A DNA stretch of 64,000 nt from an uncultured Gemmatimonadales bacterium (GTDB taxonomy: Bacteria; Gemmatimonadota; Gemmatimonadetes; Longimicrobiales; RSA9): the NCBI GenBank assembly GCA_963798085.1, contig CAWCRS010000004.1, positions 66,238 through 130,237 on the forward strand, given 5' to 3'. Every line of letters starts with the position of its first letter. Position 1 is the stretch's first letter. Shown one piece after another: positions 29,601 through 38,671 of this stretch. The position numbers and the translations under genes were made by a program. Under the pieces are notes generated by a model. That model had not been told where the DNA came from, searched no databases, and saw only the letters and a program-made list of their open reading frames with translations.

Positions 29601-30169
29601 GTCTCTTCTACAACTACCAGCGCTACTACGACCCGGAACAGACGCGTTACCTGACGCCGGACCCGATCGGCCTGCAGGGCGGACTCAAGCTGTACGACTA
29701 TCCGCGCGACCCGCTCAACTGGATCGATCCGATCGGCCTCAAGTGCAAGAACCCGAAGCTCATCAAATCGGATCCGAAGAATGGGATCGAGATCCACCAG
29801 CACGATGATGGTTCGCTCGTGATCACTGCGGATGCGCGCAAGGGCTTCTGCACACCCAAACCCGGCGGTTTGCGTGACACCGTTCACACGGCCTCGGAGA
29901 ATGCAATCGATGGGCCCGAAGCGCACCTGGGCAAGGATGGCCGGCTCATCGTGATGGAGGGGACGCACCGCTCGGCCGCCGCTTCGCGCGGGGCACAGAT
30001 TCCGCCAGACGATCACGATCCCGGCCTGGGTGGTGTACCCGGCAAGCCGGGCTTCATGCGTTACGCCTACAGCCCGCAATACGACGACGACCAGGAGGGC
30101 ACGCCGCTGCAGGATCTCGAGTTTCCGCCCAACTATCCGCACCAGCTGCCGCCCAAGCCGACACCGTGA
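26699..30169 (+). CDS. rhs: Rhs/YD-repeat toxin with DUF6531-like N-terminus and ParB-like C-terminal domain
   Basis: GHPVNVHSG start, many YD repeats, LRFPGQFEDRETGLFYNYQRYYDP core, PLNWIDPIGL cleavage motif. Confidence 0.92.
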   Translation: MSERRLNREPSGITVGHPVNVHSGVVYTAWHDFELAGSTPIVWRRFYSTANEETGALGRGWSNPYFGVIRMRDQFAVLTGNEAHEHAFPLPGPESPSGLPGHSWQLHRTADYEFVLLDSELRQWKSYVWSPASNSFRLTHIFDFAGNAVTLVRDEQERLLSIEQPACARAVALHYNAQGLIASVDLVADGRELRLVTYEYDARANLTAAFDAAGAAIRYAWDERDRLIRETNHTGGSFYFQYDAEDRCIRTVGNGGYMDRLLEYNVAKRATYITDATGQRTSYHFAPNGSLERYVNALGRVTEYKAAPGMAQTILSNGGLIHREYDDRGLLTTITDPLGKSTLYEYDSLGQQTAKVDPAGNRWTRMYDERGFLIGTLDPVGSEWRFERGPGGEVVREVDPQGRVTERRYGAGMRWQEFDNGLLRTRWEYDARGLLTRWSDATGVVEVFERDPVGRITAIVGADGSVVRYIYDDAGRLIGSQQPNGATWSFVLDAFGSLLETIQPDGASVRVRYDNEGRRLSVINERGDELQNAYAPDGSLVARRFFDGRVENYEYNGVGHLVAFVRSDGTVLRREFDRGRNMTLEYVEPSADSGPNLEVPAYRAQFSYNWRGRVVKASTPAGEIEFVYDASGQLIAERQNDLDIAYSYDASGRLIMRKVSSGIAGGLRFTYDPAGRSATIEDAQGIVQSLAYDNAGRMVRRIMRGGFTESLDWTARERITRQSVMWGGSEIIARRYDYSPADQLTRMDDQQRGRFRWRYDERLRLVEAARNGVPSSYFVWDETGDLIADHLHTLTYDPGSRLRRRANTHYTHDANGNVASKLTEDGGLTRYYYDGKGRLARVVLSDGRVWEYGYNAVGRRLYKRGPEGETRFVWSNRTLAAVIEPNGNCVELLIGSSGHQPAAQWHNGQVQHFVCDAIGRPLEILDADAGIIWSGDHSPWGKLLREAGAARAGSDLRFPGQFEDRETGLFYNYQRYYDPEQTRYLTPDPIGLQGGLKLYDYPRDPLNWIDPIGLKCKNPKLIKSDPKNGIEIHQHDDGSLVITADARKGFCTPKPGGLRDTVHTASENAIDGPEAHLGKDGRLIVMEGTHRSAAASRGAQIPPDDHDPGLGGVPGKPGFMRYAYSPQYDDDQEGTPLQDLEFPPNYPHQLPPKPTP

Positions 30170-30936
30170 TGCGGCGCAGGGGAAGCACCGCCGACGCGGC
30201 AGGTCGCGGGGCAAACACGGAGGTGCGGGAAACCACCGGCTCCACGGACTATGTGCGCGTCATGGAGGGATTGCGCCAGGCGGTACGACGACGTGTCGTC
30301 GCCTACCGTGCGCTGGTCATTGCCGTCTCGCTCGTGATCTGGGGCGCACTGCTGTGGGCGCTGTTTGCGCGCCGGTTCTCCCCGCTGCTCGCGCTGCTGA
30401 GTCTGCCTGCGATCGTCGTGCTTTATTTCCTGGCCGATGCGCTGATCGTGCGACGTTGGATCGCGGATGTGATGCATCGCTGGCAGGCCGGGGTCGTGCG
30501 CATTGATGCCGTGCGCGAAATGCTGAAGGGAGCACCCGGGCTGCCGCAGCGCACGGTCAATGGCATGCTCGGGTCACTGCCATCGTTCGATGAGCCCGGC
30601 GATGAACCCGTCACCGGCCCCGCACGCGCAGTGCTCGCCACCGGCGCCATGGTGGTGTACACGGAGCGCACCGAGCAGCGCCTGCTGATCGCCGCGCTCG
30701 TTGCCGCCGTACCCATCGCCCTTGCCGGCGCCGCCCTGCGCTCTCGCTGGCTCGTGATCCTGCCGCTGCCCGCGCTGATCGTGCCCTTGCTGCGTTCGAT
30801 CTGGCAGCGCTTCCGCTACCTGCGCTGGCACCGCAAGGCCTCCGCCCTGCTGCCCGCCGACCCCGAGCTGCTGCAGCTCAAGCCGATCCTGCTGCGCATC
30901 GGGCTCATGGAAGAGGAGGAGCAGATACCGCATTAG
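30166..30936 (+). CDS. Membrane protein (about 4 TM helices) directly after rhs, candidate immunity
   Basis: GTGA overlap with the rhs stop; two pairs of hydrophobic helices; start uncertain. Confidence 0.55.
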   Translation: MMRRRGSTADAAGRGANTEVRETTGSTDYVRVMEGLRQAVRRRVVAYRALVIAVSLVIWGALLWALFARRFSPLLALLSLPAIVVLYFLADALIVRRWIADVMHRWQAGVVRIDAVREMLKGAPGLPQRTVNGMLGSLPSFDEPGDEPVTGPARAVLATGAMVVYTERTEQRLLIAALVAAVPIALAGAALRSRWLVILPLPALIVPLLRSIWQRFRYLRWHRKASALLPADPELLQLKPILLRIGLMEEEEQIPH

Positions 30937-30950
30937 CACGGATTCGACCG

Positions 30951-31299
30951 CGTTGCCGGGGCTGGTGGCTCGGGAACCGAAATCGCGAATTGAACGGCGT
31001 TGCCGGGGCTGGTCGCCGGGGAAGACGGATCAAACCGTTGCTGGGGCTGGTTGCTGGGGCTGGTATCTCGGGAACGGCTGCCAGCCGCGACCATGACATG
31101 GCATGTCTCGCCGACTCGGCGCGAGGCCGATTGTACGCCGCTCACACCAGCCGCCAAACTCTAACAATTCGTTAGACGTTCCCTGCCAACGAGCCCCCGC
31201 ATCGCAGTTCCATCCGTTAGTCGTTCCCAGCCCGGCAACGCCGTTCAATCCACTACGCTGTTCCCCAGCAACCAGCCCCAGCAACGAGCCCGAGCAACG
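30951..31299. repeat. Intergenic REP/BIME-like cluster of CGTTGCYGGGGCTGG units in direct and inverted orientation
   Basis: Units at 30951, 30998, 31036; 30989-31012 is the near-perfect inverse of 31227-31249; 31036-31059 is the perfect inverse of 31263-31286. Confidence 0.8.
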
Positions 31300-31313
31300 C
31301 AGTTGATTCCGTG

Positions 31314-33143
31314 CTAGAAACCTCCGCCGCCACCACCGCCGCTGCCGCCGCCGCTGCTGCCGCCGCCACCGGAGCCGGAGGGGCTGGAGGACATGGTGCT
31401 GCTGGCGGCGGTCGAGAGGGAAGCCATGTCGTGCGTGAACGCGGATGCACGGAAGGCGCCGCCATCGTATCCGGAATACCATTGCGGCGGCTGTGTGTAC
31501 ATGTCCTCGAATGCTTTCGCCCAGCGCTGCTCGACCTTGAAGACCATCGCGTAGGGCAGATAGCGCTCGAACATCTCGGGCGATGTGATCATGCGGCGGA
31601 AGCGGTCTTCCTCGACACGCCCGAGGAACTCCTTGAAGCCGAGCGCATTCTCGCGGGCGCGCGCGCCTCGCTCCGTACGCGCGGGCATGATCTGCGCGAA
31701 CACCAGCAGCATCACTGCGCTCACGGCCGTGGCGACACCCAGCATTGTGGGGTCGAGATTCATGAATCCCGTCTGCGCCACGCCCCGCACGGCGACGAAA
31801 CCAATGGCGCCCAGCGCCACCGCCCCGGCGATCCAGCCGGTCTTCACGGACTCCGGATTCTTCTGGTAGTATCCCTTGGAGATGAGCTGTGCGTAGAGTG
31901 AGCTGCGCACGAGGCGCAGGTCCTTGTAGAAGCGGTTGCGGAGTGACGACAGCTCGACGGAGCCGAACGTCTGTCCCGGTCCCGCCGCCTGCTCGCTGAG
32001 CGGCTCGGGCTCGCTCCGCCCTCCGAACATGCGCATCAGCCCGCCCACAGCGGACGAGGCGTCCGCGTACTTGAACATGCCGTCGAGATAGTACTGCTCG
32101 TGCTCGGTCAGGTCGCGCCACTGGTCGTGCGGCTTCTTCAGATGGAATACGTACTCCGTGCTCGACATCAGACCGAGCAGCTTCTTGTCCTTGCGCTTCT
32201 CGATGTGGATGTAACCGCGCACCGCAAGGTCGACGAGTGTCGCGGTGATGTCGTGCGGCTCCGCCTTGTGATCGATGAGCGTGCCGATCTCGGATGGCGT
32301 GAGCTGCGGCGGGGGCGAGTACTGCACTGTTATGGCGCGCGCTTCCGGGTCCTTGCCGGTCTTGCGCCAGGCGCCGAAGGCGAGTGCGAAGATGCCGATG
32401 GGCAGCGCCAGCGGCAGCGCCTGACCCGCCCACGCCACGATCGCGGGCGGCGGCACGGGCCGGGCCACGAGGCCCGGCGCCCAGCCCACCGCCACGGTCA
32501 TGCCCTCGCCGGCCGCGAAAGGCCGGGTCGCGGTAAAGTCCACGGTGCCGCCGTTCTGCACGGTCTCCACGGCGTGCTCCTTCGACCCCGTCGTACCCGT
32601 GTAGGCCGCGAACTGCAGGGGCTTTCCCGTTTCCGGCAGCACAACCTCCGCCGTCGCGTGCTCGATGGGAATCTCCCACGAGTTGCCGGTCGCGTTCCAG
32701 TAGACCTCGTCGAGCGGACCGACATTGCTCTGCTCATCGAAAAAGCGGATCGCGTTGTGCACGACGTAGCGGATCACCACTGTGCGCGTCGCGTCATGCG
32801 CGCCGGGCACCCAGATCTTGAAGCGTCGCGTCCACGCCCCCTGACTGCTGCGCTCGAAACGCAGACTCTCACCCTGATCATCGGTGATGCTGATCAGGTC
32901 CACCTTCAGTTTCTCGCGGCGATTCTGCCCCGTGACGTGTTCCAGCGAGAGATCACGGTACAGGCCGTTCCACGATCCCTGGAATCTCGCGGTGATCCGC
33001 TCCGTGACTTCGGTGTCGCCGTTCTTCTGCACGTGCAGCTCGGTCGCATAGCGCTCGATGACCAGGCTGCGTTGCTGTGCGGCAGCCACCCGCGGCAGTG
33101 TCGCGAGCAGCGCCAGCGCCAGCAGGAGGCGTCGGCTGTCCAT
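31314..33143 (-). CDS. DUF2207 family membrane protein
   Basis: Signal peptide, VTERITARF, YWNATGNSW, YTG..GS, ATLVDLAVRGY, FERYLPYA, Gly/Ser-rich tail; start trimmed to MDSRR. Confidence 0.9.
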   Translation of the reverse strand: MDSRRLLLALALLATLPRVAAAQQRSLVIERYATELHVQKNGDTEVTERITARFQGSWNGLYRDLSLEHVTGQNRREKLKVDLISITDDQGESLRFERSSQGAWTRRFKIWVPGAHDATRTVVIRYVVHNAIRFFDEQSNVGPLDEVYWNATGNSWEIPIEHATAEVVLPETGKPLQFAAYTGTTGSKEHAVETVQNGGTVDFTATRPFAAGEGMTVAVGWAPGLVARPVPPPAIVAWAGQALPLALPIGIFALAFGAWRKTGKDPEARAITVQYSPPPQLTPSEIGTLIDHKAEPHDITATLVDLAVRGYIHIEKRKDKKLLGLMSSTEYVFHLKKPHDQWRDLTEHEQYYLDGMFKYADASSAVGGLMRMFGGRSEPEPLSEQAAGPGQTFGSVELSSLRNRFYKDLRLVRSSLYAQLISKGYYQKNPESVKTGWIAGAVALGAIGFVAVRGVAQTGFMNLDPTMLGVATAVSAVMLLVFAQIMPARTERGARARENALGFKEFLGRVEEDRFRRMITSPEMFERYLPYAMVFKVEQRWAKAFEDMYTQPPQWYSGYDGGAFRASAFTHDMASLSTAASSTMSSSPSGSGGGGSSGGGSGGGGGGGF

Positions 33144-33528
33144 GATGAGCATCCGGATCGAGTGGAAGAATGTGCGGCGGTTCGGCAGCGCATGACTCGC
33201 GTCCGTGCCGGGCGGCCGGCCGGCCGAACGTAGGGCCGTACACGCACGCACCGCAATCCTGAATTGTCGCGCACCAGTCTGTCCCGACCGCCGCATGGAC
33301 TGACCCGCTTGCACTGATTCGAGTATCGCCAGCCGCGCTCCGCGGCTGGACGGAGTCCGTCGAGGGCGGTAACCTTCCGCCAGCGCAGCCGACGGCGCGG
33401 CTTTCCAGGAGCCGGCCTCCGGCGCCCGGGAGCGACGTGGTTCCGTCCCAGCGTACGCACGGCCGCCCTCCCGCATTCGCTCCACTGATCCGACATCTTG
33501 CCCTGGCGACGGCATTCGAGGAGATCGC

Positions 33529-35682
33529 ATGGCTTCCTATTCGCAGGCGAATCGACCCATGCGGGTCGATACACCTCTGGGCACAGACGCCCTGCTGCTT
33601 ACAGGCTTCAGCGGCCGCGACTACGTGTCCGCTCCGTTCCACTACCGTCTCGACCTGATGTCCGAGAAGGATGCGATCGCGCCCGACGACCTGCTGCGCA
33701 AGCCGGTTCACGTGACGCTCGAGTTGCACGGGGGCGCGCAACGCATCATACACGGCCGCGTGTGCCGTTTCGTCCAGCTTGAGCAGGCCGACGGGCTCAC
33801 CTTCTACCAGGCCGAGATCGTACCATGGCTGTGGTTCCTCTCACTGGCACGCGACTGCCGCATCTTCCAGGAGATGACGGTCCTCGACATCGTCGAAAAG
33901 GTCTTCAAGGACGCCGGCTTCTCCGACTTCGAGATTCAGTGCAATGGCTCGTACGCCAAACGCGACTTCTGCGTGCAGTACCGCGAGTCGAATCTGGATT
34001 TCGTGTCCCGGCTGCTCGAGGAAGAAGGCATCTATTATTATTTCAAGCACACCACGTCCAGTCACATGATGGTGCTCGCCGATGCCAACAGCGCGGTGCA
34101 GGACGTGCAGGGCGCTACCACGATCAATGTCTCGACAATGCCCTCCTTCTACGAAGACACGGTGCGCACACTGCGCCACGAGAACAGCGTGTTCATCGGT
34201 ACTGTGACACTGAACGACTACGACGATCTGCAGCCGTCGCTCAGCCTGGTCAGCTCCAGCGCGGGCCAGGGCGTGGAAGAGGTGTACGACTATCCGGGCA
34301 AGTTCACCACGGTGCACGATGGCGAGCGCTACGCGCGGCTGCGCCTGGAGGTGGAAGAGGCGACACGCCAGATCGTGCGCGGCGAGGGGCCGTGCCGTTC
34401 GTTCCAGGCGGGATGCAGCTTCACCCTTGCAGGCCATTATCGCGGCGACTTCAATGCCCGCTACATGCTGCTGCACGTCAAGCAGACGGCCAGCGGGGGC
34501 GACTATCGCGCCTGGGACGCCTCACCGCTCGAGTATCAGTGCGAGTTCATGGCCATTCCCTACGACACCGTCTACCGCCCGCCGCGACGCACGCCTCGCC
34601 CGGTCGTGCGCGGTTCGCAGACGGCGCTGGTAGTGGGCAAGTCGGGTGAAGAGATCTGGGTCGACAAGTACGGTCGCGTGAAGGTCCAGTTCTACTGGGA
34701 CCGTGTGGGCGAGAAGAACGAAAACAGCTCCTGCTGGGTGCGCGTCTCGGCAACCTGGGCGGGCAAGGGCTGGGGCTTCATCCAGATTCCGCGCATGGGA
34801 CAGGAAGTAATTGTCGACTTCCTCGAGGGTGACCCCGACCGGCCCATCATCACCGGGCGCGTCTACAATGCCGAGCAGGTCGTGCCCTATGAGCTGCCCA
34901 CGCACCAGACAGAGAGCGGGGTCAAGACCCGCTCCAGCAAACAGGGCGGCACCGACAACTTCAACGAGATCCGCTTCGAGGACAAGAAGGGCGAAGAGGT
35001 GCTGACCATTCACGCCGAAAAGGACGAGATCCACGGCGTCGAGAACGATCGTACACGCGAAGTGGGCCACGACGAGACCACAACGGTCCACCACGACCGC
35101 ACGGAGACCGTCGACAATGACGAGACGATCTCCATTGGCAACGATCGTACGGAGGATGTGGGCAACAACGAGACGATCACGATCGGCAACGATCGCAAGG
35201 AAGAGGTGGGGAACAACGAGACCATAAGCATCGGCGCCGACCGCAAGGAGGACGTGGGCGGCGACGAGACGATCAGCATCGGCGGAAAGCGAACAGAAGA
35301 AGTCGGTGGCAACGAAGCCATCAAGGTGAGCGGCAAGCGCGCGCTCGAGGTCAGCGGCAACAGCTCGCTCAAGGTGGGCGGCAACCGCGAAGCCAAGGTC
35401 AGCGCCAACGACACACTCACGGTCAGCGGCAGCATCACCATCAAGGCAAACGCCAAGATCACACTGAAGGTAGGCGGCAGCAGCATCGAGATCAGCCCCG
35501 CTGGCATTACCCTCAAGGGCACGATCATCCAGCTGAATGCAAGTTCGGTGGCCAAGCTGAAGGGCGGCACCATGATGCTGATCCAGGGCGGCGCTGTCAC
35601 GCAGGTGAAGGGCAGCGGTATCGGCCAGGTGCAGGCCAGCGGCCCGCTGATGCTCAAGGGCGCCGTGACCATGATCAACTGA
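33529..35682 (+). CDS. vgrG: VgrG/TssI spike protein 4 with long gp5 C-terminal octapeptide repeats
   Basis: IPRMGQEVIVDFLEGDPDRP, GVKTRSS, NFNEIRFEDKKG, repeated TISIGNDR.E.VGNNE. Confidence 0.97.
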   Translation: MASYSQANRPMRVDTPLGTDALLLTGFSGRDYVSAPFHYRLDLMSEKDAIAPDDLLRKPVHVTLELHGGAQRIIHGRVCRFVQLEQADGLTFYQAEIVPWLWFLSLARDCRIFQEMTVLDIVEKVFKDAGFSDFEIQCNGSYAKRDFCVQYRESNLDFVSRLLEEEGIYYYFKHTTSSHMMVLADANSAVQDVQGATTINVSTMPSFYEDTVRTLRHENSVFIGTVTLNDYDDLQPSLSLVSSSAGQGVEEVYDYPGKFTTVHDGERYARLRLEVEEATRQIVRGEGPCRSFQAGCSFTLAGHYRGDFNARYMLLHVKQTASGGDYRAWDASPLEYQCEFMAIPYDTVYRPPRRTPRPVVRGSQTALVVGKSGEEIWVDKYGRVKVQFYWDRVGEKNENSSCWVRVSATWAGKGWGFIQIPRMGQEVIVDFLEGDPDRPIITGRVYNAEQVVPYELPTHQTESGVKTRSSKQGGTDNFNEIRFEDKKGEEVLTIHAEKDEIHGVENDRTREVGHDETTTVHHDRTETVDNDETISIGNDRTEDVGNNETITIGNDRKEEVGNNETISIGADRKEDVGGDETISIGGKRTEEVGGNEAIKVSGKRALEVSGNSSLKVGGNREAKVSANDTLTVSGSITIKANAKITLKVGGSSIEISPAGITLKGTIIQLNASSVAKLKGGTMMLIQGGAVTQVKGSGIGQVQASGPLMLKGAVTMIN

Positions 35683-35685
35683 GGA

Positions 35686-36291
35686 ATGATGAACGCGACG
35701 CATGCGGTTCTTCGCTCCGGCGACACACTGCCTCAGGTGATTGCCTACGCGGACCTGTCCGACGAGGCGGCCCCGTTGCTGACGCCCGACGGCGACGCGC
35801 GCGCTTTCCTCGACGCGCTCGTTGCCGGAGAGCTGTTCGACGACGCCGTGGCACTGCTCGCACACGTGCTCCCGGTGCGCGAAGCGGTGTGGTGGGCGTG
35901 GACGTGTGCCGGGGAGTCCGCAGGCGAGAAACCGGTACCCGGCATTGCGGCATCACTCGAAGCCACTCGCCAGTGGATCATCGAGCCCAGCGACGAGCAC
36001 CGGCGCGCAGCCATGGCTGCGGCCGAGGCAGCCGGACTCGATTCGCCGGCGGGTCTCGCCGGGCTGTCCGCATTCCTGTCCGGCGGCTCGCTGGCGCCGC
36101 CCGAGGCGCCGCCGGCGCCACCCGAGCCGCACATTGCAGGCAAGGCGATTGCCGGCTGCGTGTGCATGGCGGCCGTGAGCGATCCTGAGCAGATTGCGCG
36201 GCGGTTCCCGGCCTTCATCCAGAAGGGCCTGGAGATGGCGGACAAGCGCGCGGTCTGGGCGTCCCCTGCGCCCGCCCAAGCGAAGCGTTAG
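35686..36291 (+). CDS. DUF6931 family protein (VgrG/PAAR-associated)
   Basis: AVALLAHVLPVREAVWWA..C, W..EPSDEHRRAA, SGGSLAPP; located between vgrG and PAAR. Confidence 0.8.
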   Translation: MMNATHAVLRSGDTLPQVIAYADLSDEAAPLLTPDGDARAFLDALVAGELFDDAVALLAHVLPVREAVWWAWTCAGESAGEKPVPGIAASLEATRQWIIEPSDEHRRAAMAAAEAAGLDSPAGLAGLSAFLSGGSLAPPEAPPAPPEPHIAGKAIAGCVCMAAVSDPEQIARRFPAFIQKGLEMADKRAVWASPAPAQAKR

Positions 36292-36299
36292 GAGAAGCC

Positions 36300-36602
36300 A
36301 TGGGCAAGCCTGCTTCCCGCGCTGGTGACATGCACATGTGCCCCATGGTCACGCCGGGCGTGCCGCCCATTCCGCACGTGGGCGGCCCCATCCTGCCGCC
36401 CGGCTGCCCCACGGTGCTCATTGGCATGATGCCGGCCGCTCGCGCGACCGACATGTGCGTGTGCGTGGGGCCGCCCGACGTCATCGTCATGGGCTCGACC
36501 ACCGTGCTCATCGGCATGTTGCCCGCCGCCCGCATGGGTGACAGCACGGCGCACGGCGGTACTATTGTCCTCGGCTATCCTACGGTACTGATCGGCGGAT
36601 GA
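36300..36602 (+). CDS. PAAR spike-tip protein
   Basis: PASRAGD.H.CP, PAARATD, PAARMGD.TAHGG; 100 aa. Confidence 0.95.
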   Translation: MGKPASRAGDMHMCPMVTPGVPPIPHVGGPILPPGCPTVLIGMMPAARATDMCVCVGPPDVIVMGSTTVLIGMLPAARMGDSTAHGGTIVLGYPTVLIGG

Positions 36603-36703
36603 AGCACGGCGCCCGCTGCTGACCGCAGTCGAACTCCCGAACTGCGTGTGCGAATGCCGGGGCCGGGGCGGTGAGCCCGTATGGAGCAGCAGAAGGCGGA
36701 CAG

Positions 36704-38653
36704 ATGATGGCGTTCGGCAAGTACGAGGTTGTGGAACGCATTGGCGAGGGCGGATTCGGCCAGGTGTTCAAGGGCTGGGACCCGCTGCTCAAACGCTGGG
36801 TCGCCATCAAGACGGTTTCGCTCTCCGCCGCCATGGCGAAAGAGCGATTCCTGCGCGAAGCCGAGATCGTGGCCGGCCTGCGCCACCCCTCCATCGTCAC
36901 CATTTACGATTTTGGCGAGCAGGACGGCGTTCCCTACCTGGTGCAGGAGTTCCTCAATGGCGAAGACCTGGCGCACAAGATTGCGCGCGGCGATGCCATC
37001 GACCTGACCACACGGATTCGCTGGCTCATCGAAGTCGCCGACGGCCTGGCGTTCGCCCACGCACGCGGCATCGTGCACCGCGACATCAAACCCAGCAACG
37101 TGCGCGTGCTCGATGATGGCGCGGTCCGCATCATGGACTTCGGCATTGCCAAGGTACTGCACTCCGATCAGCAGCTGACCGGCACCAGCGTCAGCGTGGG
37201 TACATCCGGCTACGTGGCGCCGGAACAGCTCGAGGGCCGCGAGATCGATCAGCGCGCGGACATCTTCTCGTTCGGCGCCATGGCATACGAGCTGATGACC
37301 GGGCGGAAACCCTTCCAGGCGCCCACGGTTCAGGCGACGCTGTACAAGATCCTCACCGAGCGACCCCCTGCTATCCCTTCGGTAGCGCCCGCCTGCCCGC
37401 CTCGCCTGGTCGCGTGCATCGACAAGTGTCTCGAGAAACAGCGCGACGACCGCTATCCGGACTGCACCGCGCTGGCCGCCGAGCTGCGTGCGACGCTCGC
37501 GGAAGTCGCTGCCCCTTCCGCAACCGCAGCTTCAGCGGTCGCTGCCGCGGGCACGGCCGCGCCAGTGGCGGCGACGCAGGCCATCGAGAGCGCCGGCCAG
37601 CCGCCTGCGGCACCCGCACGCGCGTCCGACCCGACCCTCGCCTCACCCGCGCCGGCTGCGTCCACACCTCCCGACGGCAGCGCAGATGCGGCCGCGGTGC
37701 GCAGACAGAAGTTCGTGGTGATCGCGGCGGTGCTGGCCCTGCTGGTCTTCGGCACGTGGGCAGTGTCCGCGGTGGTGCGCCCGCTGCTGCATCGCAGCTC
37801 CGTTGACGGTGTGGCCATGAGCGGCGGTGCAGCCGGCCACCCGGACTCGGTCGCGGGAGACAGCACCGGCATGGCTGGCGGGCACCCGGACAGCACACTG
37901 CGCGGCGACACCGCGCTGCGCGTTGCCGCCGATTCGCCAGCGAGCCAGGCACGCACGGATTTCACGACCGGTACAGCCGGAGCGGGCGGGCGGGCGGGCA
38001 GCGGCGGGGCGGCGGATACCGGCAGCGCGCGCAGCGTACCCGCGGGCCGGAGGCTTGGCGATGCGCGCAGCGGACGGCCCAACCCTGACACTGCCTCAGG
38101 TTCGGCGGCCAGGCAGGGCAGTCGCGCGCAGACCGACACGGGCACCACAGCCAGCGGAAACAGCCGCAGTGCGGCGCGCGGCGCGATCGAGCCGGCGCGG
38201 GTGCTTGTGCTGATCCGCGGAGCACGGCCCGATGCCGTCGCCTCCGCGGAATCGACCGTGCTCAGCGAGCTGACTGCCGAGCAGCGGCCCGTGGTGGACC
38301 CGGATGCCATCGACGACGCACGCGCCAGCGCCGCGGCCGCGCGCGCGCTCGCCGGTGACATGAGCCCGGCCGTGGGCGTGGGCCGCGAGTATGCCGCCGG
38401 CATTGTCGTGGTTGCAGACCTGCGCACGGACGCCACCGAAGCGGTGGCAGGATTCATTACCGGCAGCGCCGTGCTGACGGCCAAGTTCTACGACACGGCG
38501 AAGGGGACGCTGCTGTTCTCGGAGAAGTATCAGGTGGGCGCGGGCGGCATACCCGGCAAAGCCGGCCCCACAGAAACCGCAGCCGTGACCGGAGCCGCCG
38601 AAGCCGTCGCCCACCAGCTGGCGCAGGCCATCCTGCGGAAGACTGGGAGTTAG
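36704..38653 (+). CDS. Membrane Ser/Thr protein kinase (PpkA-like context) with extracytoplasmic CsgG/TolB-N-like domain
   Basis: GEGGFG, VAIK, HRDIKPSN, DFG, APE; one TM helix; C-terminal alpha/beta domain ending AKFYDTAKGTLLFS. Confidence 0.9.
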   Translation: MMAFGKYEVVERIGEGGFGQVFKGWDPLLKRWVAIKTVSLSAAMAKERFLREAEIVAGLRHPSIVTIYDFGEQDGVPYLVQEFLNGEDLAHKIARGDAIDLTTRIRWLIEVADGLAFAHARGIVHRDIKPSNVRVLDDGAVRIMDFGIAKVLHSDQQLTGTSVSVGTSGYVAPEQLEGREIDQRADIFSFGAMAYELMTGRKPFQAPTVQATLYKILTERPPAIPSVAPACPPRLVACIDKCLEKQRDDRYPDCTALAAELRATLAEVAAPSATAASAVAAAGTAAPVAATQAIESAGQPPAAPARASDPTLASPAPAASTPPDGSADAAAVRRQKFVVIAAVLALLVFGTWAVSAVVRPLLHRSSVDGVAMSGGAAGHPDSVAGDSTGMAGGHPDSTLRGDTALRVAADSPASQARTDFTTGTAGAGGRAGSGGAADTGSARSVPAGRRLGDARSGRPNPDTASGSAARQGSRAQTDTGTTASGNSRSAARGAIEPARVLVLIRGARPDAVASAESTVLSELTAEQRPVVDPDAIDDARASAAAARALAGDMSPAVGVGREYAAGIVVVADLRTDATEAVAGFITGSAVLTAKFYDTAKGTLLFSEKYQVGAGGIPGKAGPTETAAVTGAAEAVAHQLAQAILRKTGS

Positions 38654-38671
38654 CCTTCTTCTCCGTCTTCT

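Noticed and set aside
30951..31299. Possible CRISPR array
   Set aside because: Repeats are short, irregularly spaced and in both orientations; no cas genes.
33144..33530. Long N-terminal extension of the DUF2207 ORF
   Set aside because: Arg-rich and not protein-like; the signal peptide starts at MDSRR.
35030..35420. Periodic DNA repeats in vgrG4
   Set aside because: Explained by gp5-type octapeptide repeats.
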